Below, in pieces: positions 1 to 11,001 of a DNA stretch of 64,000 nucleotides. Position numbers and translations under genes: made by a program. How positions within the stretch are numbered: the stretch's first letter is position 1; every line of letters begins with the position of its first letter. The notes beneath the pieces were generated by a model that saw only the letters and a program-made list of their open reading frames with translations, made no database searches and was not told the DNA's origin. Source of the DNA: Azolla caroliniana (taxonomy: Eukaryota; Plantae; Polypodiophyta). The stretch spans positions 10,478,001 through 10,542,000 of the forward strand of contig JBHGNT010000004.1 in NCBI GenBank assembly GCA_043228905.1. Reading direction: 5' to 3'.

Positions 1-449
1 CGGACTGCCCGTCTCCATATTCCATCTGCTCCTTTGTGGTAGAGAGTGTCCCGTAACAGACAGAAATTGCGGCTCTGCACCGCCAGTCGTTTCCTCTCGT
101 CCCGGTTCATTTCCTCCGGTGGCAAGCCCGTGCTTAGGAACTGGTGCATGTTTGTCAGCCATTTATCTTCTGATGACACCGTGTCGTCCGCTGCCGTTTC
201 CGGGGTGATACGGAATAACTCCGCGTCCGGAAATTCATCCGCTACTCCGTCGCCTGGTTCTCCGGACTCTAACCGGCTCAGGTAGTCTGCTACGGCATGC
301 TGGATACCGGGCCGGTGGAAAATCTCGAATTCGAACTCCTGCAACAGTAAGGTCCAACGGGCCAACTTACCGGTCAGGGACGCCTTGGAAACTAAGTAGA
401 GGAGCGCCGAGTGATCCACATGAAAGGAGAACTTCCTTCCCAATAGGTA
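1..449 (-). pseudogene. Continuation of A pol (end of RNase H towards integrase) in another frame
   Basis: Translates HYLLGRKFSFHVDHSALLYLVSKASLTGKLARW..., colinear with the pol of B. Confidence 0.88.
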
Positions 450-3400
450 GTGCCGAGGGCCTCCCGTTCCGTCGTTGAATAGTTCTTCTCCGCTTGGGAC
501 AGCTTCCGGCTGGCGTAATATACCGGCCGGTACCATTTGGGCTCCGTAAGCTGCATTAAGGCGCTGCCAATAGCGATGTCGGACGCGTCCACGAACACGT
601 GAAATTCCTTGCTCCAATCCGGAGGCTGCACGACGGGTGCTTGCGATAAAAGTACCTTCAGGGCATTGTATGCCTTATCCTCCGTATCCGTCCATTGGAA
701 CGGTGTCCGATGTACCGCGGTGTGTAGTGGTGTAGCCAAATCAGCCAAGTGACGGAGCATCCGGCTGTGCCACCGGATCTGTCCTAAGAATCGGCTTAGT
801 GCTTTGGCTGTTTTCGGTGCCGGTGCCCCTAGTATGGCGTTTACTTTGTCCGGGTCGACCGCAATGCCCTCCTTACTGACAATGTGTCCCAGCAATATTC
901 CACTTGAAACTCCAAAGATGCATTTCGCTGGATTTAAGCTTAGCCGGTATAGCCTACACTTTTCAAGGCATAACCGGAGGTGCTGCAAATGGTCTTTTCC
1001 CCGGCTATAGACTGCAAAATCATCCAGGAAAACTTGCATGAAGGCAGGAATGTAATCGCCGAAGATCTCCATGATGATTCGCTGGAACGTTGCTGGTGCC
1101 GTTTTTAGGCCGAACATCATGACTTCGGCCACAAACACCCCCCATTCGGTGACGAACGCTGTCTTCTCCTGGTCGTCGGGGTGCATCCGGATTTGATTGT
1201 AACCGCTGAACCCGTCTAGAAAGCTATAAACTTCATGGCCGGCGACGACATCCAGTACTCCGTCCGTGAACGGAAGAGGGAATGCATCCGTAATTGTGGC
1301 GGCATTTAGTTTCCTGTAATCTACACACACACGGATTTTACCGTTCTTCTTGGGGACGACGACGATGGGGCTTAGCCACGTCGCTTTCTTTACTGGCCGG
1401 ATGAAGCCCACTCTTAGGAGTTTGTCGATTTCCTCCTTCACTTTGGCGGCGTAGTTGGGGTTCATTCGGTATCGTCTTTGCGCCACTGGTTTCGCGTCCT
1501 TGCCTAAGTGGATCTGATGCTGATATAATTGAGGGTCCAGCCCTCGCATGTCCTCGTATGACCAGGCGAATACGTCGCGAAACTCCGTGAGAAGTTTGAT
1601 CATCGCCGCTTTATCTTCCGGCTTCATTTCTTTGGCGATGTGAACCGGCTTTGATTCGTCCTTGCTTCCTAGGTTCACTTCGTCGAGCTGGGATGCTTTT
1701 ACCCGTTGGGAAACGGCCATTTCCCGTTCCAATGCTTCCTGTGCTTGCCGTAATTCCCGAATCGCATCTTTATCTGGTTCGGCTTCGGTGTCGTCCCGCT
1801 GCGGCAAGTATGGTGCTACGGCTTCAGCTACGTCAATCTCGAAGAGTGGTACGATCTTCGGGTGTTCCTCCAAGTACTGGGCTTCCTCGTCATCTGCCAA
1901 TCCTTCAAGCATGTTCACACATTCCGCATACAGGGGTGTGCATTCCTTACCATTGCTTGTCCGTGGTTGTGTCGGAACCCGGACCTTGGCTTTTCCGCGC
2001 CGGAAGGTAATCATATTTTTCCGCCAATTCTGCTTGATGTGTGCTGTTTTCAACCATGGTCTGCCCAGCAACAGCGGGTACGCGCCTTGCGCCTGTAGCT
2101 GCAGCACGACAGCCGAGATGTGAAATGTGTGGCCTCCTATGGTGACTTCCAATTTCCGTATTAAGCCCGTCGGCCGTACAGAGCTCGTATCCGCCATCCG
2201 TAGCCAGAACGGGCATGGCTCCCATTCATGTATTCCCAAGGCATCACACGTACGGAGGCTTATTACGTTCACTCCGGAACCTCCATCGATTACCGTGCCG
2301 GGAAGTTCGTGCCCTTTGACAATAGCTGTAATTGCCGGACTACTAGTGTCCACCACCGTCGGTCCCTCCTCCGGGTTCGAGAAGAGGACTGGTGCTGGTG
2401 GGGCTATGCCGTCTGTCATGCCCGTTTTTAGCCCTTCCGTAAATCGCGGCACGAGCTGCAAGAGTCTTCCTAACGGCAACGTGATCTGACATTCTTGCAG
2501 TGCTTGCCATGTCTCGTTTTCTGGGTGGCTACCGCCAGCATTCCCTATGGTATTTGCCTTTTGCCGTTCCGCGTCCGCGACGTTCTTTTCATTGGCTTCC
2601 TTCACCCATTCCGTCGCCTGTTTTCGTATGGCCTCTTGTGTTTCCCACTCTTTGGCCATGCCTTTCGACCGTGTGGTTACTTGCTGTACATCCGTCACTT
2701 CCGGAACCACCATATTAACTGCTGGTCGTTTCTCGTAGCTCTTTACCGGGCACTGGTTACTGTAGTGGCCTTCCTGCCTGCAGTAGTAGCAGTACTCTTT
2801 ACGGGTATTGCTGGATTCAGCATTGCTGGTAGCCGGAGTTGGTCCCGTAGCGAGTGGTGCGTTCTGTGCCGGTTGGCTCCTTGGGGTTCCATGTTCCGGG
2901 TCCCTAGGGTGACCACCTTTCTTGAAGTTACGTTTCTTATTATTCTTATGTTTATTTCGGTAGTCCGGCCGTGGTGGATCGTAACATCGGCCGTAGTCTT
3001 CCTGGTGCCTTCGGTAACCGGGGGAATGGTCTCTGTCGTATTGCTCGTGTCGCCTGTTGGGCTCTCGATAACGGTCCGATCGCTCATACCGGTCGTAGTT
3101 ATCACGCCGATTCCCGTACCGGCCATCATTCTCTTGCCTGTCTCCGTACCGGACATCTTGTGCCGGTGGGTACCGGTTCCCTCTTTGCCAACGATCGTCA
3201 TCTTCGTCTCGGCTGCTTCTTGGCTCGATCCGTCGGACGGGTGGTGCTTGTCGATTTAACAGGTTGTACTCGCACCGGTCCGTTGTATGACTCTTGGATT
3301 GACAAATCACACACTGAGTGCGCATGGTGCACTCTACTGCTGAGTGTCCGGCATTCAAGCAGATTGTGCATTGAATTGCCTGCCGGAACCGGAGATCTTC

Positions 3401-4534
3401 CTCGGTGGGTAACGCCCGTTGCAGTGTTCCCAGCGTAAGCCATGAGCTTGTCTTTTCCATTTCTCTGACCCGGTCAATGACCTGATCGATGGTGCATCCT
3501 CGAAAGTCGATCACCGTACACACCGTGCGTAACGGTTCCCGGAGTGCGTTTAAAAATATCGTCCGTAATTCCTCCTCCGGGGGTGCACGAGCAAGCTGGC
3601 TATGCATCCGTTGGAAATGGATGACGAATTGGGGAATGCTTTCCCCTGCCTCCTGCCGGATCGTATAAAACAGGCCCACCATTGTCGTCTGGTCGACCTC
3701 CTTGTGGAAAAAATGCAAGAATTTTGCTTTTAATTCTGCAAATGTTGTGATGGTCGCCGGGTCCTGCGACCGCCGCCATCGTGTCGCTGGTCCCTCCAAC
3801 GTGACTCCGAATTCCGCTATCTTCGAGCGTTCTTCTTCCTCCGGTGTCATTCGCTGGGACGTGTGATTTGCTTCCCATGTCTGCTCGAAGTCATCCACAT
3901 GCGCTTCCGCATCCGGATCATCGCGGTACTTTGAGTATTGGAACGGCATGTCGTCGTCCAGTATTAAGCCGCGGTTTAGTGGCGTTTGTTGATATTTTTC
4001 CGGTTCTTTCTCCGGTTCCACTTCCGGTTCTTTTTCCGGTACCCTTGCCGGCTCTTTCGTTGGTGTTGGTGGCTTTGCTTCTTCCACTTCCGGTGTTGGT
4101 GGGTTGACGGCTTCCGTTTGCGGTTCCGGATAGCCCTGGTTGCGCGGTTCCGGTTCTGGAGTCGGCACGGTATCCGACCCGTCGTCTTCCGGGCCGCCGG
4201 GGGTATCGTTGCTGCTCCGGTAGTTCGTGTGCACGCTGTATCCCCCCTCGGAATCCGATTCGTAGGCTGAAAAGGCTTCTGCCTCGTTTACTCCGCTTGC
4301 CAGCGCCTCCAGGAGTCGTTCGGTTTCCCGGAGACTACTTAGACTGCTTCCGTCGTCCTGGTCGCGAGTTTGCCGTAACCGGAGAGATTCCTCCGCGACT
4401 CTCCGGATCTCGTTGGAGAACGAACGATCCGAGCGAATTTCCTGCGCTGCTTGCTGGAAAGTCTCACGCCGTCTTTGCCGTTCGGCGATGCGTCGAGCTC
4501 GGTCTGTAACCAAGTCGTGCGTTGGTCTAGTCAT
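392..4534 (-). CDS. Gag-Pol of A: gag with three CCHC knuckles, aspartic protease (IDGGSG), RT (FLDD), RNase H; frameshifted near 450
   Basis: 1380-aa ORF with CTICLNAGHSAVEC, CYYCRQEGHYSNQC, RVCVDYRKLN, FLDGFSGYNQI, DASDIAIG, NYSTTEREALG; a short deletion after EREALG shifts the frame. Confidence 0.93.
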   Translation of the reverse strand: MTRPTHDLVTDRARRIAERQRRRETFQQAAQEIRSDRSFSNEIRRVAEESLRLRQTRDQDDGSSLSSLRETERLLEALASGVNEAEAFSAYESDSEGGYSVHTNYRSSNDTPGGPEDDGSDTVPTPEPEPRNQGYPEPQTEAVNPPTPEVEEAKPPTPTKEPARVPEKEPEVEPEKEPEKYQQTPLNRGLILDDDMPFQYSKYRDDPDAEAHVDDFEQTWEANHTSQRMTPEEEERSKIAEFGVTLEGPATRWRRSQDPATITTFAELKAKFLHFFHKEVDQTTMVGLFYTIRQEAGESIPQFVIHFQRMHSQLARAPPEEELRTIFLNALREPLRTVCTVIDFRGCTIDQVIDRVREMEKTSSWLTLGTLQRALPTEEDLRFRQAIQCTICLNAGHSAVECTMRTQCVICQSKSHTTDRCEYNLLNRQAPPVRRIEPRSSRDEDDDRWQRGNRYPPAQDVRYGDRQENDGRYGNRRDNYDRYERSDRYREPNRRHEQYDRDHSPGYRRHQEDYGRCYDPPRPDYRNKHKNNKKRNFKKGGHPRDPEHGTPRSQPAQNAPLATGPTPATSNAESSNTRKEYCYYCRQEGHYSNQCPVKSYEKRPAVNMVVPEVTDVQQVTTRSKGMAKEWETQEAIRKQATEWVKEANEKNVADAERQKANTIGNAGGSHPENETWQALQECQITLPLGRLLQLVPRFTEGLKTGMTDGIAPPAPVLFSNPEEGPTVVDTSSPAITAIVKGHELPGTVIDGGSGVNVISLRTCDALGIHEWEPCPFWLRMADTSSVRPTGLIRKLEVTIGGHTFHISAVVLQLQAQGAYPLLLGRPWLKTAHIKQNWRKNMITFRRGKAKVRVPTQPRTSNGKECTPLYAECVNMLEGLADDEEAQYLEEHPKIVPLFEIDVAEAVAPYLPQRDDTEAEPDKDAIRELRQAQEALEREMAVSQRVKASQLDEVNLGSKDESKPVHIAKEMKPEDKAAMIKLLTEFRDVFAWSYEDMRGLDPQLYQHQIHLGKDAKPVAQRRYRMNPNYAAKVKEEIDKLLRVGFIRPVKKATWLSPIVVVPKKNGKIRVCVDYRKLNAATITDAFPLPFTDGVLDVVAGHEVYSFLDGFSGYNQIRMHPDDQEKTAFVTEWGVFVAEVMMFGLKTAPATFQRIIMEIFGDYIPAFMQVFLDDFAVYSRGKDHLQHLRLCLEKCRLYRLSLNPAKCIFGVSSGILLGHIVSKEGIAVDPDKVNAILGAPAPKTAKALSRFLGQIRWHSRMLRHLADLATPLHTAVHRTPFQWTDTEDKAYNALKVLLSQAPVVQPPDWSKEFHVFVDASDIAIGSALMQLTEPKWYRPVYYASRKLSQAEKNYSTTEREALGTTYWEGSSPFMWITRRSST

Positions 4535-4569
4535 CCATTACCGTCGTTCGCTGCGAGACAGCAGGAATC

Positions 4570-4579
4570 GTGGTCGCCA
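4570..4579 (-). promoter_or_regulatory. Primer binding site TGGCGACCAC (tRNA-Arg type) of A
   Basis: 6 nt inside the LTR end; the identical motif is in B at 25584-25593; matches the 3' end of plant tRNA-Arg(UCG) as recalled. Confidence 0.7.
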
Positions 4580-4585
4580 AAACTG

Positions 4586-5005
4586 TGTTATTCTCTTAGC
4601 CGGACAAGGCCTAACACAAGGTGTCACGGAGACACTTCACCAAAGGGTGATTACGGCATAGGATTAAGATTCAACGATTACACCGACTTACGTAGGTTAC
4701 ACGATTAGATTGCTTTGGTTAATTACACGCGTAAGATATAACAGTGATTACAGAACGGAAATCAAGACAGAAGTATAAACATCAGAAGCTCTATTAATTA
4801 TCCGCTGTCATTACAATAGGGTCCGGGCCTTTAAATAGGTTTCCGGCCCGTAGTACAAAACGGTGCCTCCCGCACCTATTCGGGATCCGTCCGGATCTGG
4901 AACGGCATACCGTTTCCAGTCCGTCCGTCCACACTATGCTCATTTACAACCATATCTAATTAATTCCTTCACTTTGTATTTTGGACTCCTTGCCGGCCGG
5001 TAACA
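4586..5005 (-). repeat. 5' LTR of A (420 bp)
   Basis: TGTTA...TAACA inverted termini, adjacent PBS, layout similar to the B LTR. Confidence 0.85.
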
Positions 5006-6075
5006 GGACCGATGATGGGGTTGTCAATTCGGAGTCGACAGTCTCCGAAGGATAGGAAACTAAATTTACCTTCATACTTTTGCAGGAGCATCTTGGCTTG
5101 CTAAATGTGATCGAGCGGTTGCACCAATCCACTATTGGATTGTGCGCCTCCAACCACGCTAGTCCTAAGACGATCAGATTTCGAGGAGATGCGATGAGGT
5201 AAACGGCGAGCTCCTCCTGGTGTGAGCCCACCCGAAGCCCTAATGGGATTGTAGCTTGAGTAATTGCACCTGACGAGAGGACGCACCCGTCGATAGCTTC
5301 AACTGGAATGGGTTTTGAGAGGCCAACGACAGGTACGCCATGTGCTTGGGCAAACACGACGTCGATGAAGCAAGAAGATGCCCCAGAATCAAGTAAAGCA
5401 ATAGATTGAATGGAACTAGAGTTAAACGAAAGCCATACCTCCAATGTGAAATTGCTTGATGGTCCGGAAATGGAACCAAGAGAATGTGGGCGACGGGAGA
5501 TGTCCAGTTGCATGGCTCCTACTACAACCAAACGATGTCGTTTTCCGGATGTTGGGGTCCGTTAGCTCGATGGAATTATGGGCGAGTACTCCTAGGACAA
5601 TGGCGAACGACATGACCCGAGGCGCCATAATACATGCACAAGCCATTAGCCCGCCGAAATTGTCCTCCAATAGAGGTGACAAGGTTTCTACCAATGGTGC
5701 AAACCAAGCTTGGGCCGAACTGGAGAGAAGGGAGCCCACAAGGCCGACTTGTTGAAGACCATCTCCATAACGTTGAGGTTGTAGCCGAATGATAAGTCGA
5801 ACTTGGTTGATGAACCCTCGGAAACGCGACCTCGTTCCATCAAATTTTTCTGGGAGGCTAACCTTAGGCTCAAGAAACTATGACGAAGATAGGCTAGATG
5901 TTGGTAGAAGATCGGGCTCTAGGCTAGGTTTTTGTGGGAGACTAGGGTTCAGGGGTTGTGAGGATAGGGAGGTACCGACTTGTTCTTGTAAAGAATTTCG
6001 AAGAGCTTCATTTTCAAGCTGTAGTTGTCGTAAGGCTACCATTATTTGGCCTAACTCACTAGTTGAGTCGGACAT
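5006..6075 (-). pseudogene. Degenerate gag-protease of H
   Basis: ORF fragments 5878-6075 and 4956-5531 with internal deletions and stops; the last residues of the latter come from the A LTR. Confidence 0.82.
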
Positions 6076-6112
6076 AGCTATGGCTTATGAGAGGGAGAGC
6101 TATGAGGATGGG

Positions 6113-6123
6113 AAGGTGAACAA
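6113..6123 (-). promoter_or_regulatory. Self-priming PBS of H (TTGTTCACCTT)
   Basis: Exact reverse complement of 6218-6228, which begins about 32 nt downstream of the LTR TATA box (6253-6260); no tRNA-type TGG PBS. Confidence 0.8.
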
Positions 6124-6125
6124 AC

Positions 6126-6450
6126 TATCATGGATCATAAGCTCAAGAGACAAGCAAGAAGATAACCAAATGGACAAGAAAGAAGATAGTATTAAAGGAA
6201 AGAATCCATAATTGGTGTTGTTCACCTTGAATTCCTTCAAGGTGAACTCCTCTATTTATACTACATGGCATGCATACTTGTTGCACGCATGTGAATCTAC
6301 AATAGAGCATGTAGGTATGCATGCATGTGCCAAGTGTAAATACTACGAGGGAGCAACTATGCACATGATGCTAGCAAAATAATAAGGACCAATTACATAC
6401 GTAACTATGTACTAGATATCTTGGTTAACTCATAATACTAGATTATAACA
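6126..6450 (-). repeat. 5' LTR of H (about 325 bp)
   Basis: TG start at 6450, TATAAATA, end TGATA (decayed CA) 2 nt before the PBS. Confidence 0.75.
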
Positions 6451-6480
6451 TGGTCGTGTCAAGAGTTCGAATCTTGATAG

Positions 6481-6861
6481 CCACGTGTAGATTGCTTTTT
6501 CAATTCTTTCCTATTTTTCTCCTGTAAATGGCTTTACAACAAATGATGGTTCACCCTGACGCTCATTGTGTCAAAACCAAGGATAGTCATGTGTTCATGA
6601 CACATTGGGTCTATTAATCTCACGTTGTAAACTAATGACACGTGCCTCGAGAGCACTTTGAGAATGCCAAAGTTCGGACATCTGATGGCCCAACCACGTG
6701 TAGATTGCTTCTTCAGTTCTTTCCTATTTTTCTCCTATAAATGGCTTTACAACAAATGATGGTTCACCTTGACGCGCATTGGGTCTATTAGTCTCACGTT
6801 GTAAACTAATGACACGTGCCTCGAGAGCACTTTGAGAATGCCAAAGTTTGGACATCTGATG
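6481..6861. repeat. Tandem duplication of about 170-210 bp inside J' gag
   Basis: Copies start CCACGTGTAGATTGC at 6481 and 6694. Confidence 0.88.
6569..6602. mobile_element. 34-bp insertion TGTCA...TGACA with 5-bp TSD CATTG (micro solo-LTR remnant)
   Basis: TSD at 6564-6568 and 6603-6607; the empty site GCGCATTGGGTC is present in the adjacent tandem copy. Confidence 0.8.
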
Positions 6862-8067
6862 AGCGGTTGAACTAAGGAAATTTAGGATTTGTAAGAAATA
6901 TGACTCAATGGAGATTGGTCCAAGAGGATTTCCATGAGTTCCTTCCGCTTGAGCGGATGACATCGGGTCATTATTATGAGTCATTGAATGATTATTTCTG
7001 GCAAAGAAATAGGATAAGGTTAGACAAATAGTCAGAACATCATGTCGTGATGTAAACATATCATGGGCAACCTTAATCGATATCATGATCTCACGTCAAT
7101 ACCCCTCTAGACGTATGAGATGAGGTTCAAGATTAGGTTACTATGGTAACACAAAGGTGTTTTAAAAACCATGGGGGTGACAAATTAATGTCTTTCCTTG
7201 ATCTCTATATCAATTTTTTCATGGCAGCTCCCCGAGGCTCAACCATGTATGTTTGCGTCATGAATAATTTATACATGAAAAAAATGTTACAAATAAACTA
7301 TGTTTCTGTGCCCATGTATGTGGTTTCGGCTCTTTAAGTCCTATTACGAGGACCCCGAAGTGCACTTAGAACTAAAGTCTAAACATGTATTATCGTGATA
7401 TGTATCAACAATTTTGTATGGTCTTGGTCATATTTGAACTAGAGACTTTGAGAACAAATGCATTAAACACTTGAGCTAACCAAATAGGTTGCTCATGTTG
7501 AATATTTAACGTTTTATGCGTATAAGAGATATGCGAGGCATTTTCCCATATATGTTTTTTTTAAAAGAAACATATATGCCAAGAGTCCTTATTTCCCTCT
7601 CATTTACCACAAACTATGTTGGTACGTTACCTAACCTCAAGTCTCATAATTACGATGACATATGCCAAAATGCAACCTAATGGTCAAGCTAAATGAGCCC
7701 TCTTTTCGTAGTAGGCCCACGTGGCCCATCACATGGTTACGTCATTACGAATGCCTTTCGTAAGAATGATCTCATGGTGTCATCGTACCCATGTAATGAG
7801 GGAGGGATGTTGGATATGTGTGTCATAGGAGCGACCTCACATGAAGTGGGTCAAGCCCTACATTCTCAACATCATTGTGACTATGATCGTTTCATTACGT
7901 AACGAAAATGAAGTGACCAACGGGGATGTCAACAAAAAAATTGTTGAAAAAAGGATAGTGACTACGCCATTCTCACAAAAATGTGAGGATGGCCACCAAG
8001 ATCCTTTCCTCGAATATAGACATACGATATAGAAATCACGTAATAACTAATATACACATGTATTAAT

Positions 8068-9800
8068 CACATATATACGATCAAATACGTATACACGTGA
8101 CCACATATGCATATATTAAAAAAAATCGTAATATCAAATAGCCAACAATGATGTAATCAAGGTATATAGCCTCTATGCTCACGAAACATCCAAAAATAAG
8201 GGTTAAACGTAATATGCAATTGAGGTATTGACCTCTTATGCATACGATACCAAACGCATATCATTTACTTAGAAATCGAGGTATTGAACTCATACGCATA
8301 CGCAACAAATCACATATCAAATATATGTCAAATGAGGTATTGACCTCATACAGATATGTAAACGTTTTATACAACTAATTAATTACTATTACAACATCAT
8401 TGAATCAATGAAAGAAAACACATATTGACTATACATGATTAGATTGGGAGAAGAAAGAATAGAAAAAAACAAGAAAGAGTTACTGAAGTTCCTTTCTTGA
8501 TCGCTATCTGGATCAAGGTTGACTGCACGTCGATTGATCACCATCCATTAAGAAGACAACAAAAACCAACAAAAGAAACATTAGAAATATAAGCTCTGAT
8601 ACCAACTATTAGAGTGATGATCTAATGTAAGCATATAATAAGGATATAATGTATATGAAATAAGAAAGGAGAGAGAAAGAAGTCGAGTGAAGGGATTGAG
8701 ATGGACTTGAGCCTCGATCGGCGTCCCATACCACCACCGTAGTGTCAAGTCGTACCTAGTGTTGGCATACTCGCTACAAGAGTTGACCCACCACAAGAAC
8801 AGAGTCTCGACGTAGTCAAAGATGATGAAATGAGGGTAGCTAGGCCTCATATTTATAGCGAGACCCAAGGGCCCCAGGCAAGTTCACACTTGGCCTAATG
8901 GGTTGTCTCAATTGCTATAAATAAGAGGCCTAGCTACCCTCATTTCATCATCTTGTTGACTACGTCGAGACTCTGTCTTGTGGTGGGTCAACTCTTGTAG
9001 CGAGCGTGCCAGCACCAGGTACGACTTGACGCCACGACGGTGGTATGGGACGTCGATCGAGGCTCGAGTCCGTCTCGATCCCTTTGCTCGGGGGTGGTTG
9101 GGTGGATCGACACCCTTCTTTCCCTCTCTCCTTTCTATCTAGATCTATCTTTTATCCTTATTTTATGCTTACATTAGTTCATGTCTCTAATAGTTGGTAT
9201 CAAAGCCTATGTTCTAATGTTTCTTTTGTTGTCTTTTGTCTTGTTGATTGATGGTGATCGATCATTGTGCGGTCGGCCTTGATGCAGACAACGATCAACA
9301 AAGGAACTTCGGTAACTCTTTCCTAATTTATTTTTTTCTATTTTTTCTTCTCCCATCTAATCATGTGTATAGTCTATATGTAATTGTTTTCATTAATTTA
9401 ATGATGTTGTAGTGGTAATTAATTGGTTGTATAAAACGTTTACATATGTGTATGAGATCAATACCTCATTTGACATATATTGAATATGTGATAAGTGTCG
9501 TATGCCCACGAGTTTAATACCTCAATTGCATATTACGCTCACATACATATGTTATGTATGCGTATGAGGTCAATACCTCGATTTCGTTGTAAATGATATG
9601 TGTTTGGTCTCGTATGCGTAAGAGGTCAATACCTCAATTGCGTATTACGATGAACCCTTATTTTTGGATGTTTCGTTTGCGTAGAGCTATATGCCTCGAT
9701 TACGTATCTCGATTATATCATTTATGGCTATTTGATGTAACAATTTGTTTAATATATGCATATGCGGTCACTTGTATATGTATTTGATCGTATATATGTG
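8068..9800. repeat. Long imperfect inverted repeat (head-to-head J'/J LTR, PBS and leader), spacer about 55 bp
   Basis: 8068-8859 is the reverse complement of about 8914-9800, roughly 85% identical by eye. Confidence 0.9.
8221..8350. repeat. Leader subrepeats of about 56-bp period with hairpin core GAGGT-ATTG-ACCTC (3 copies; 4 inverted copies at about 9452-9640)
   Basis: Cores at about 8222, 8278 and 8334. Confidence 0.75.
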
Positions 9801-10418
9801 CATCATGTGCCCTCACCCTTGTATAAACGTGTGAATAATAGGGGTGCCTTTATGGCGCCGAGTGGGAGTCAAGTCGGGACAAAGAATCCCATGTAAATCG
9901 AGATTTATCCCACATTGTAACGCATCCCTCTCCTTGTTCTATAAAAGGAAGGGATGGTCCCTTGTAGAGGGGTTGCCCATTTTGAGTCGTCGGGGTATAC
10001 CATTTTGTAGAGGGTCATTTTGTTAAGAATATTTGGGGTTAGTAACTGTCTTGTGGTCTTCTTCTTCTTCTCCTTCTTGAGAAGTTGGGCGCAGTAGCCA
10101 TGACGGCAAAGCTCTGTTAGGGTTAACATCTTTTCTTTTGAGCGTAGCCCGGTTCGAAGCCGGGGTTGTATCTTTTCCTTTGTAATATATACGCTTGTAT
10201 CTGTTTGTGCATGTTGGTGTGTTCGGTGGTGTCGGGAGCATAGCCCTCCGTTCCCTGTGCATAAGAGTTGGTGTCATGCACACGCTCTCTCTCTCTCATG
10301 TTCGGTCGCCTACGGGTCATGTCCGGAGTCGGTTTTCTTGGCATCCCTTTTTCCCTCGTCCAAGACCCCCGTGGTCCTGCCCCTTTCTACATGTACGCGC
10401 GTAATAACACGGCGTCTT

Positions 10419-10436
10419 TGGTGAACCCGACGTGAA
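10419..10436 (+). promoter_or_regulatory. PBS TGGTGAACCCGACGTGAA (tRNA-Trp) of D
   Basis: 4 nt after the LTR end; identical in C at 26456-26473; complementary to the plant tRNA-Trp(CCA) 3' end as recalled. Confidence 0.85.
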
Positions 10437-10439
10437 AGG

Positions 10440-10983
10440 TGTTGGGAATATGTCCCTCCAGTGGGAGGATGATCCAACTGTTCGGAAAACCGACAGTCGA
10501 AGAGTCAAAAAACAGGACCCGAGTTTCCACACGAAACTGGATATATAATAGCCAACTCGGGAGACTATATTTGTAAATAGTCTAAGTGTTCGCCCCATGA
10601 GGGCTACGTATGTAAATAACCGGAAAGTTGTGTAAGTATATATACAACTAGGGCAAACCTTATGTATGTGTAGAATGTGTTTGTGTTGAGAACGAGACAG
10701 TGTGAGACAGAGAAGGTAGAGTCGCGCCATAGCTATGTGCGTAATAGCAGACGTGAAGAGCCATGTGCGGCTGATATACTCGATAGAGTATTGTAATCAT
10801 CTCCGTGTTGTATATCCACTAGATATAGTGAAGAATCTGTTCTTGTGGTTTTCCTCGTTTTAGGGTTTCCACGTAAATCTTTGTGCACCATTGTTTATCT
10901 TGTCTATTCTGTTATTCGGGTGTAATTCGTATTTCAGCGTTGTCTGTCTATTGTGATTTGAATTCCGTGATGGTTTCTCTACA
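10440..10983 (+). mobile_element. Solo LTR (544 bp, copia-like) with TSD AAAGG
   Basis: TG...CA termini; AAAGG at 10435-10439 and 10984-10988; GTGGTTTT...GGTTTCCACGT LTR motif. Confidence 0.88.
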
Positions 10984-11001
10984 AAAGGGTGGCAAGGGAG
11001 A

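Larger units (their letters stand above)
1..5005 (-). mobile_element. Element A: non-chromovirus Ty3/gypsy LTR retrotransposon (Phygy/Tat/Athila-like); 3' part runs off the window start
   Basis: 5' LTR 4586-5005 with TGTTA...TAACA termini, Arg-type PBS, single gag-pol ORF in the order gag-PR-RT-RNaseH; interrupts the protease-RT linker of element H. Confidence 0.92.
5006..6450 (-). mobile_element. Element H: Tcn1/Tf1-type chromovirus-like Ty3, 5' part (LTR, self-priming PBS, degenerate gag-protease)
   Basis: LTR 6126-6450 (TGTTA...TGATA), gag start MSDSTSELGQIMVALRQLQLENEAL, MQLD motif, protease ALLDSGASSCFID...LGLAWLEAHNP. Confidence 0.85.
6451..8913 (-). mobile_element. Element J': 5' part of a second copy of the J chromovirus family (truncated LTR 8607-8913, iMet PBS 8593-8604, about 1.6-kb leader, gag start at 6963)
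   Basis: Reverse-complement homology to 8914-9800, 33528-34589 and 37277-37495; 8862-8912 matches the J 3' LTR at 63289-63338. Confidence 0.85.

Noticed and set aside
1651-4708. Numerous plus-strand ORFs antisense to A gag-pol (likewise 22642-23571 opposite B)
   Set aside because: Shadow frames of GC-rich coding sequence; their similarity across elements simply mirrors pol conservation
8221-9640. Regularly spaced palindromic repeats resembling a CRISPR array
   Set aside because: Only 3-4 degenerate units, spacers resemble each other, no cas genes, and they lie in a retrotransposon leader in a eukaryotic context
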